Shown piece after piece: positions 57,215 to 64,000 of a stretch of 64,000 nucleotides of DNA. This stretch comes from Bacteroidota bacterium (GTDB taxonomy: Bacteria; Bacteroidota; Bacteroidia; J057; JADKCL01). A program made the position numbers and the translations under genes. Location of the stretch: assembly GCA_016718825.1 (NCBI GenBank), contig JADKCL010000012.1, forward strand, positions 65,417 through 129,416. Direction: 5' to 3'. Numbering within the stretch: position 1 is the first letter of the stretch; each line of letters starts with the position of its first letter. The notes below the pieces were generated by a model. It did not search any database and was not told the DNA's origin. It worked only from the letters and a program-made list of their open reading frames with translations.

Positions 57215-58703
57215 TGCCGGGGCCTCGGCGCGCCGGGGCCGCCCGGCTGCGCGCCCCCTTAGAATCCCTGTATGCGGCGATCCTGCGAATCATCCCGCGA
57301 AACACAAAAAAATGGAGTGGCACGACGGCATACCAATAAAGCCTTCCCAATAAACCTTTGGGTCTGAACGTTGCGGTTTGGATGAGCTTATCTCCTTGCG
57401 GGCTTGACACGATCTGAAACTCCAGCCAAGCCTCTCCGGGAAGCTTCATTTCCGCAAACAGCAGCAGGCGTCCGGCTGTGAAGTCCGCCTCCAGGACCCT
57501 CCAGAAATCCAAGGCATCGCCTGCTTCAATATTTGTGTCGTGCGTACGGCCGCGACGCAGGCCCACGCCACCCATCAGTTTGTCCAAAAATCCACGAATT
57601 TTCCAGAGCCAATTCCCGTAGTACCAGCCGCGTTGTCCACCGATCGCCCAGATATTCTCCAGAACCTGTGTACGGTTGCCCGTGATATCGAGCTCCCGCC
57701 TGTCTTTCAGGCACCCGAATTCAGGTACGCCTTTGAATATGTCCAAGCCTGACCCCGCAAAGCTCGAGCTGAGCGCATCCTTCCAGCTTGAAAACAGGCC
57801 TTGACCTTCGTAGAGGCTCAAGGCCATTTTGATCGCTTCGGGATAGGGAATCAGGTCAATATTGAGCTCCCCGGCAAGGTTGTTGGGCTTGCAGATCACA
57901 TCGATCTTCATGCTGTTCACCAGATTGACCGCCAAAGGATAGGAAACCGAGGTCACAAAATATAACCAGTACGAAGATAGCCGTGGCGTCATCACGGGCA
58001 CAGTAATGATCGTGCGACGCAAGCCACGCACCTTGGCAAATCCCAGCAACATCTCCTTGTAGCTCAGCACTTCGGAGCCACCGATATCAAAGCTTTTTCC
58101 GTAATAGTCCGGCTTCAAGGCAACGCCGGTCAGGAATTGCAGCACATTGGCGATTGCAATCGGTTGGCATTTGGTATCCAGCCACTTGGGGGTGATCATG
58201 ACGGGCAATTTCTCGACGATGTCACGGATCAGTTCAAAGGAGGCGCTTCCAGCCCCGACAATGATGCCTGCACGAAGCGCTGTGACCGCAGCAGTGCCGC
58301 TGCGCAGCACCTCCTCCACATGTAGCCGCGAACGCAAATGCTTTGAAAGCGTCTGTTCGTTGGAGATCCCGCTCAAATAGATCACTTGCTGAATGCCGCA
58401 ATCCCTTGTGAGCTTCAAGAAATTCAATGCCGATTTCGTCTCCAAATCATCAAAAGAATCCGTGGATGCCGCCATTGAGTGGATCAAATAGTAGGCAACA
58501 TCGTACTTTCCGGTAATGCGCCGATCCTCCTCCATTTTCACAAAATCAACCTTGAAGAGATCAATTTGCGAATCCGCCCCTTTGGGCATGCGGAAAAGCG
58601 ATGGATTCCGAACGCAACAGGTGACGTGATGACCTTCTCCCAGCAATTTGCGCAAGAGGTGCTGGCCGATGTAGCCGGTGGCGCCGGTAAGTAATACATT
58701 CAT
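57105..58703 (-). CDS. SDR-family NAD(P)-binding protein fused to a DUF2867 domain
   Basis: Rossmann motif VLLTGATGYIGQHL. The C-terminal half (WYYGNWLWKIRGFLDKLMGGVGLRRGR...) is DUF2867-like. The last ~50 aa (Arg/Pro/Gly-rich, from ~57290 down to 57105) look like read-through into the GC patch, so the true stop is uncertain. Confidence 0.75.
   Translation of the reverse strand: MNVLLTGATGYIGQHLLRKLLGEGHHVTCCVRNPSLFRMPKGADSQIDLFKVDFVKMEEDRRITGKYDVAYYLIHSMAASTDSFDDLETKSALNFLKLTRDCGIQQVIYLSGISNEQTLSKHLRSRLHVEEVLRSGTAAVTALRAGIIVGAGSASFELIRDIVEKLPVMITPKWLDTKCQPIAIANVLQFLTGVALKPDYYGKSFDIGGSEVLSYKEMLLGFAKVRGLRRTIITVPVMTPRLSSYWLYFVTSVSYPLAVNLVNSMKIDVICKPNNLAGELNIDLIPYPEAIKMALSLYEGQGLFSSWKDALSSSFAGSGLDIFKGVPEFGCLKDRRELDITGNRTQVLENIWAIGGQRGWYYGNWLWKIRGFLDKLMGGVGLRRGRTHDTNIEAGDALDFWRVLEADFTAGRLLLFAEMKLPGEAWLEFQIVSSPQGDKLIQTATFRPKGLLGRLYWYAVVPLHFFVFRGMIRRIAAYRDSKGARSRAAPARRGPGTGRGGSAPKSAIHKSGRKRPPPPARKWPAAKAQAIH
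57143..57259. repeat. short A-free G/C patches C (57143-57172 and 57201-57259)
   Basis: Runs such as ccggggcctcggcgcgccggggccgcccggctgcgcgccccc have the same style as tract A. They coincide with a 158-nt overlap of two convergent ORFs. Confidence 0.6.
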
Positions 58704-58806
58704 TTGTAAGAATTTAAAAACAATCGACGCGTAAAAAAGGGTATCTCCAAAGATTCATCCGGGAAGCCGGAAATGGAGTTTTCCTCCAACAAATTTACTC
58801 CCTATT

Positions 58807-59253
58807 TCAGACAACAGGTGGTACCTTTTCCATCACAGTGAGCATACGCATTCCCACATAGGAGGTGAAAATCGTAACGCCAAGGCCTTCCATCACCAAG
58901 AACACCGATGCGAAGGCCGGAGTCAAATAGCTCCCCATGATGGCGTTTTGATGAATGTAGACCATAAAATTGGGGTCAAGGAATTGTAGGTAAATGAATT
59001 GAAAGAAGGCAAAAGTGATGACAGCCCACATCGATGTACGAAATCCGACGGCAAACGTCTCGAGAAATTCAAACGGCGTTGCGTTTCGTTGCCGGAAGGC
59101 GCGCATCGCCAGAAATGCAAATGTGCCATGGATCAGGATATTCAATCCCCTCAAATTGAGATTAGTATAAAGCCCCAAACCTTTCATCGCGAAGAAAAAG
59201 GCGACAAAGCCCAGCAGCATATAGAGACCGTATTGAAGTTCTGTGCGTTTCAT
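58807..59253 (-). CDS. small four-helix membrane protein (DUF4199-like)
   Basis: The start is set to MKRTELQYGLYMLLGFVAFFF (ATG at 59253). It has four hydrophobic helices. The family call is tentative. Confidence 0.55.
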   Translation of the reverse strand: MKRTELQYGLYMLLGFVAFFFAMKGLGLYTNLNLRGLNILIHGTFAFLAMRAFRQRNATPFEFLETFAVGFRTSMWAVITFAFFQFIYLQFLDPNFMVYIHQNAIMGSYLTPAFASVFLVMEGLGVTIFTSYVGMRMLTVMEKVPPVV

Positions 59254-59355
59254 AAGACTAATTCTGTTTAACGTTTTATATACAAACATTAAACAGAATG
59301 GGGCCGCGAATGTTTCGGGGAAAGCGAAATGCAACCTTCGTCTCGAAAAGGAAGT

Positions 59356-59934
59356 TCAGCGAATGTCCCCTGACGCATCCCAATCGATCATTGCTGTCGG
59401 CATATCGACGGTCAACAATTGATCGGCAGGCAAGTTGCGAATGACAGCACGCGCCCCTTGATCACCTGTCAAGCGCATCAGCATCGGGAAATATTTGCGT
59501 GGAAGGATCACCGGCGCACCCGGTTGGCCACCGTAAAAAGCTGCGACCACCTTGTCAGGCTCCTTTTCCGCTGCTTCTACCAAAGCGTAATAATGTTCCG
59601 CTTCCACAAACGGCTGATCGACCAGGGCAAACATCAAATGCGTCAGGTCCGGATAATGGGCTTCTACAAAGGAAACCGCACAGCGAATCGACGTCGCCAT
59701 GCCCGACTGCCAATCCAAATTCTCGAGGATGTCGAGTTCATATCCTTGCAGATAAGGCAGAATTTCCCTCGAATGGCCACCCAAAATCACCGTCGTGGGA
59801 AAGCATCGGCAGGCCAGAAGCCGCTCTGCGACGATTTGAATCAGCTTTTTCCCTTGAAATTCGATCAATTGTTTGGGGAAACCCATCCGCGAACTTCCAC
59901 CCGCCGCCAGCAAAACGATTCCGACTTTGGTCAT
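59356..59934 (-). CDS. mocA: molybdenum cofactor cytidylyltransferase (NTP_transf_3 family)
   Basis: IVLLAAGGSSRMGFPKQL is an N-terminal nucleotide-binding motif. It is 192 aa and lies directly downstream of xdhC in an XDH-family operon. Confidence 0.75.
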   Translation of the reverse strand: MTKVGIVLLAAGGSSRMGFPKQLIEFQGKKLIQIVAERLLACRCFPTTVILGGHSREILPYLQGYELDILENLDWQSGMATSIRCAVSFVEAHYPDLTHLMFALVDQPFVEAEHYYALVEAAEKEPDKVVAAFYGGQPGAPVILPRKYFPMLMRLTGDQGARAVIRNLPADQLLTVDMPTAMIDWDASGDIR

Positions 59935-61031
59935 GTTTGCAATTCTTTTCGGTCATGGATAAAGCCTTCGCGTTGCTTCAAAAATCCAGCATTGCGTCTC
60001 GAAAACACGGCTTGAATCTCGGCCACAACGGCCACGGCGATTTCCAACGGCGTCTGCGCGCCAATGTCGAGCCCGATGGGCGCGTGAATCGCTTGATTGT
60101 CGTCCAAAACGCCGCCGAGCTCGGCATTCATGCGGTCAAAGCGCTTGCGTGGACCCAGCAAACCAATGTAGGCAACGTCGGTGCCCACCAATTCCTGCAA
60201 AATGGCCTTGTCGTAGCCGTAGTTGTGCGACATCAAGACCGCGGCGGTGAACCGATCGGGCTGCAATTCCTGCGCTGCCCGCTCGCGTTGAAGCTGCAAG
60301 ACGCTTTCGGCCTCTGGAAACCGAATCGGCAGGGCCTTGGCCCCGCAATCGTCTGTCACTGTCACACGCCAACCCAGTTGCGCAGCCAATTGCACGAGCG
60401 GACGGGCGTCTTCGCCACCGCCAAAAACCAGCAGCCGGGTCGCAGGTGTCACGCATTCTACGAAAACTTGAATGGTAAACAGGCCGGAATGGAGGATTTG
60501 GATGCCAGGTTGAGCGAGCAACTCCTTTGCATCGCCCTCCGAAAAAATATCGGGATCATCGTCGGATGTGCCGAGGAAGCTCCATCTCCCGTCAGCCATG
60601 GCGTTGACCACCAAATCCCGCGCAAACCAAGATTCTGATTTTCCCAGAAATGCCTGTTTCAATGCCTTCAATATCGGCAGAGCCTCGGTTCCCGCCATCG
60701 GTTCGATCCAGACCTCGATGATGCCGTTGCAACCCAAGCTTGCGCCCAAAATTTTGGCGTTTTCATCGGTTCGGGTATCGTAGGCAATCAGGCGCGGCTT
60801 GCCCAAACGCATGACCTCGCGCGCGATGCGCAAGGCATTGCCTTCGAGACATCCGCCGGAAATCGAACCGACCCAGTTGCCATTTTCCAAAATCAACATC
60901 CGCGCGCCGATGCGCCGATAAGCGGAACCCTCGACATCCACCACGGTCGCAAGCGCCATCTGCTCCAACGGCAATGCTGAAGCCTCAATCGCGGCCAGGA
61001 TATTGGAAATTTCTTGATGCGATGCGCCCAT
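59931..61031 (-). CDS. xdhC: XdhC/CoxI family molybdoenzyme maturation protein
   Basis: N-terminal XdhC_CoxI segment (LATVVDVEGSAYRRIGARMLI), then a Rossmann-like C-terminal domain (LLVFGGGEDARPLVQLA). A 4-nt overlap links it to mocA. Confidence 0.8.
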   Translation of the reverse strand: MGASHQEISNILAAIEASALPLEQMALATVVDVEGSAYRRIGARMLILENGNWVGSISGGCLEGNALRIAREVMRLGKPRLIAYDTRTDENAKILGASLGCNGIIEVWIEPMAGTEALPILKALKQAFLGKSESWFARDLVVNAMADGRWSFLGTSDDDPDIFSEGDAKELLAQPGIQILHSGLFTIQVFVECVTPATRLLVFGGGEDARPLVQLAAQLGWRVTVTDDCGAKALPIRFPEAESVLQLQRERAAQELQPDRFTAAVLMSHNYGYDKAILQELVGTDVAYIGLLGPRKRFDRMNAELGGVLDDNQAIHAPIGLDIGAQTPLEIAVAVVAEIQAVFSRRNAGFLKQREGFIHDRKELQT

Positions 61032-61040
61032 GGTGACAGC

Positions 61041-61997
61041 TCAATCCTCGCCCTCCAAGGAGATAAATGCGAATTCTATGGTTTCAGCCACCGTTCTTGC
61101 CACAAGTTCGACCTTGTATTGGGTTCCCGGCAACGGATTTGCACCCTCCACAGCGAGGCGACCGGCTGCATCGTAAACGGCGCGACGCGCACTGCGGCCG
61201 CTGAGATAAGCCTCGACTTTGCCCAAGCGCAAGGGCACATTGGCAACGCCGCCGATCACAACACGCACATTTGCCATCGCAATGGGTTTTGTTGCGTTGC
61301 CGATCACAAATACCTCGACCAATGGCCATTCAGCGCGTGCGCGGCTGATGGTCCGGGAATAGGCGGACAATTCGTCGGGGAATGGGACTGGCAAATGGAC
61401 AAAGGTCAGCATTTCATGGGCGGCTAACAGATGGTCGGCAGCCGCTTGTTTGCCGTCACCGTAAAGGGCGGCAACGCTCCGGCGTCCTGCTCCGTCGACG
61501 GTGATTTCGGCATCATAGGCCATCAAAACCATGCCCAAGGTGCTTGGATGCGGTGCCACACAAGGCCCAAGATCAAAGCAAACACCATATTGATGGTTGC
61601 CTTCGCGCATGGGGCAGGAATTGCCGCCTTTTTTGAAGCAGGTGAATCCCTCGTGGCGATAATACCAGCAACGGCTGCGTTGCAGCAAGGATCCGCCGAT
61701 GCTCGCCGCCCGCCGAATCTGCGGATTCGCCAATTCACCAGCTGCTTTCGCCAATCCAGGATAATGCTTTTGAATGACAGGGCTCTTGGCAACTTGGTCG
61801 ATGGTTACGAAAGCGCCGATCGTGCACGTACCGTCATCGTTCATCACAATTTGATCCAGTCCAGGAATCCGCGAAATGTCAACAATGTCGCCCGAGGTCA
61901 CGTGGTGCCGAAGGCGGTCCATCAAGTCCGTTCCACCTGCGCGGAATTCGCCGTTTGCAATTTTTGCGGCGGCAATGGTCGTTGCGATTGTGCTCAT
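61041..61997 (-). CDS. xanthine dehydrogenase family protein, FAD-binding subunit (CoxM/YagS-like)
   Basis: FRAGGTDLMDRL is an FAD-binding-5 motif; 318 aa. Its start lies 1 nt from the stop of the upstream Mo subunit. Confidence 0.82.
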   Translation of the reverse strand: MSTIATTIAAAKIANGEFRAGGTDLMDRLRHHVTSGDIVDISRIPGLDQIVMNDDGTCTIGAFVTIDQVAKSPVIQKHYPGLAKAAGELANPQIRRAASIGGSLLQRSRCWYYRHEGFTCFKKGGNSCPMREGNHQYGVCFDLGPCVAPHPSTLGMVLMAYDAEITVDGAGRRSVAALYGDGKQAAADHLLAAHEMLTFVHLPVPFPDELSAYSRTISRARAEWPLVEVFVIGNATKPIAMANVRVVIGGVANVPLRLGKVEAYLSGRSARRAVYDAAGRLAVEGANPLPGTQYKVELVARTVAETIEFAFISLEGED

Positions 61998-61998
61998 A

Positions 61999-64000
61999 TC
62001 AGTTTCCCTCCCCTCCTTGAACGGTTTTCAGTCCCGCCAACAAACGTTCCGGCGTGATCGGTGCGACGAGCGGACGGTAGCCTGTCGCGTTAAAAATCGC
62101 GTTGGCAACGGCGCCTGCGACGGGGGTGGTACACAATTCGGCGAGCCCGATTCCCTTTTGTTTGACCATTTCAAAACCCTCCTCGATAAAGTCAATGCTG
62201 ATGGGTGGAATGTCTCCCATGCCCGGCAAACGGTAATCTTCCAATCCGCGGGAAAGCAGCTTGCCTGTTTTGCTGCAGACGGCACGGTCTTCGTACAAAA
62301 CGTGGCCGATTCCCTGAATGACACCCCCTTGGCATTGGCTTTCCGCAAGCGGACGCACGTGCACCTTGCCGACGCGCATGGCGCCGTTGACCTCGGTCAC
62401 ACGGGTTTTGCCGAGCCATGTATCGACTTCGACAGCAATCACATACACGCCATAAGCGCGATTTTGTCCCAATTCCATTCCTTCGGGCAGCGGCAACATT
62501 CCCATAGGATTGAAGCCGTCGTTGTGCCCACGGGTCGCCTTTTCGCGTATGAAGTCAATTTTGGAAAAGGCATCAAACCACGACATTGTCCCTGCCGCAT
62601 GCACGATTCCCGTGAGACCTGCCTTTGCATCGACCAAGGATTCACTTTTGGAAACCTGCTTCAGGATCGTGTCACGGAGTTTTTCTGCGGCTTCGAATGC
62701 GGCGGGGTAAATCGTCGCGGTGGTGCGGCTTCCGCCGGAGGTTGGTCCGATGGGAAGGTTATTTTTTCCGATTTCGACGTTGACAGCATTCGCAGCTATG
62801 CCAAAAACATCCGCGACAGCCTTGGACAACACCGACCTTGCACCTTGGCCCATGTCTTGAACTGCATTTCGAATGGTAATTCCGGCGGGAGTGGCTTCAA
62901 TTTCGACCTCGGCGGGTGGCATATAGATGTGCATCCATCCGCCGAAGGAAACACCAACTCCGGTTCGGTAACGACCGCCTTGGGAACCCACAGGTTTGCG
63001 ACGATTCCAAATCGACAATTTCTCCACCCAATCAAAGAGCTGCAAATACCCCTCATGCTTTTCCCATTTGCGGCGAAGGGCGATCGGATCCATTTTCATT
63101 TGATGCGCCATGTGGTCAATCGATTGTTCCAAGGCAAAACATGCGGCAGGTCCGCCCGGCCCCCGGAAGGCCGCGCCGGGTTGGAAATTGGTCAACACAT
63201 CGTAATCAAGCAGAGACTTGGCGATGCCCGTGTAGCCCAAGCCGGAAATGTCGGCCACATTGGAGCCGATTGCAAAACCCGAATTGCCGTAAGCCGTCAT
63301 CGTATAGGCGGCGTTACTCCCGTCTTCCTCCGCGGTCAAAACCACTTCTATTTCGGCAGAGGGACGGTAACCCGTCTCACTGAATTCCTCAGCACGGTCG
63401 TAAATCACCGCGACCGGCCACTTGGCTGCGCGGGACAATTCGATGGCGGTTTTGATGGCCGTGTACATGGTAAGCTTGGAGCCGAATCCCCCGCCGACAT
63501 ATTCTGCGAAGACTTGGACGTCGTCTTCCTTGAGTTCGTAGCGCTCCGCGATTGCCTTTCCAAGTGCGTGAACTCCTTGTGTGGAGGCGTAAACGGTGAG
63601 CTTGCCGTCTGCTTTCCAATCTGCCACCGCACAATGCGGTTCAAAGGTCGTATGGAATTGCGTGGGTGTCTGGAAAGTCGCTGCAAAATGGGTCGCAAGC
63701 TTGGGATCGGATTTTTCAGTGAGGCGTTGTGCCTTGCCTTTGTCGGAGGAGGAGAGGCTGAGCAGCGTCTTGCGGACGTTCCCCTCCCAACTTCCGGGAA
63801 ATGGCGGGGCTTCGGAAGCAGCAGCGATCTCCTTTTTGTCTCCGGAAAATAGCGGAACCGCATCCGGTTTCATGGATTCGCGGATTTCAAGAACAAATGG
63901 AAGTGGCTCGTATTCAACGACAATTGCTTGCAAAGCGGCGTAGGCAATCGCTTCAGTTGTAGCAGCGAGGGCCACAAGGGGTTCGCCCTCGTAACGGGTG
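61999..64000 (-). CDS. xanthine dehydrogenase family protein, molybdopterin-binding subunit (partial; N-terminus beyond window)
   Basis: Aldehyde oxidase/XDH a/b-hammerhead and Mo-binding segments are present (GGGFGSK, FRGPGGPAACFALEQ, GQGARSVL, LPGMGDIPPI). The reading frame stays open to the window edge. Confidence 0.85.
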   Translation of the reverse strand, partial: TRYEGEPLVALAATTEAIAYAALQAIVVEYEPLPFVLEIRESMKPDAVPLFSGDKKEIAAASEAPPFPGSWEGNVRKTLLSLSSSDKGKAQRLTEKSDPKLATHFAATFQTPTQFHTTFEPHCAVADWKADGKLTVYASTQGVHALGKAIAERYELKEDDVQVFAEYVGGGFGSKLTMYTAIKTAIELSRAAKWPVAVIYDRAEEFSETGYRPSAEIEVVLTAEEDGSNAAYTMTAYGNSGFAIGSNVADISGLGYTGIAKSLLDYDVLTNFQPGAAFRGPGGPAACFALEQSIDHMAHQMKMDPIALRRKWEKHEGYLQLFDWVEKLSIWNRRKPVGSQGGRYRTGVGVSFGGWMHIYMPPAEVEIEATPAGITIRNAVQDMGQGARSVLSKAVADVFGIAANAVNVEIGKNNLPIGPTSGGSRTTATIYPAAFEAAEKLRDTILKQVSKSESLVDAKAGLTGIVHAAGTMSWFDAFSKIDFIREKATRGHNDGFNPMGMLPLPEGMELGQNRAYGVYVIAVEVDTWLGKTRVTEVNGAMRVGKVHVRPLAESQCQGGVIQGIGHVLYEDRAVCSKTGKLLSRGLEDYRLPGMGDIPPISIDFIEEGFEMVKQKGIGLAELCTTPVAGAVANAIFNATGYRPLVAPITPERLLAGLKTVQGGEGN

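Overview
This is a 64-kb chromosomal segment that looks like a Bacteroidota genome. The evidence is five proteins with T9SS type-A C-terminal sorting domains, a CarboxypepD_reg-type TonB-dependent receptor, an ECF sigma factor, a DUF4856-imelysin-HTTM cluster, and a TTTG-N21-TAnnTTTG promoter in front of a tRNA. About 50 protein genes are supportable. They include a housekeeping block (rsmA, pepA, pdxA, yceD-rpmF-plsX-fabH, efp-accB-accC) and an envelope glycosylation-like cluster (a GT2 polyprenyl-phosphate glycosyltransferase plus three large polytopic GT-C-like membrane proteins) followed by a patatin-like phospholipase. Also present are a LuxR-type response regulator next to a DUF4856-imelysin-HTTM-TonB receptor operon, an ECF sigma module, an MBOAT acyltransferase pair, parE, an M43 metalloprotease, and a xanthine-dehydrogenase-family operon with xdhC and mocA. 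There is one intact tRNA-Asn(GTT). The most anomalous content is three homopolymer-rich G/C tracts at 23.6-24.1 kb, 30.54-31.88 kb and 57.14-57.26 kb. The second has no adenine over 1,341 nt and contains a 91-nt poly-C run. These tracts open every reading frame and create giant Gly/Pro ORFs. I treat them as probably non-biological (assembly, basecalling or in-filled sequence) until raw data say otherwise. The best biological leads are listed here. (1) A shared palindrome, TTTAGA-N4-TTCTAAATAAG, lies in front of both the response-regulator gene and the imelysin/HTTM operon. (2) A small stop-codon-overlapping hairpin with a C-rich tail occurs at two unrelated gene ends. (3) A 39-nt exact duplication of the tRNA-Asn 3' end (att-like) flanks one junk tract. 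(4) The TonB-dependent receptor is split by a frameshift at an A5 run. (5) The GT2 plus triple GT-C plus patatin cluster is uncharacterised. I found no CRISPR array, no intact transposase or integrase, and no recognisable known defence system.
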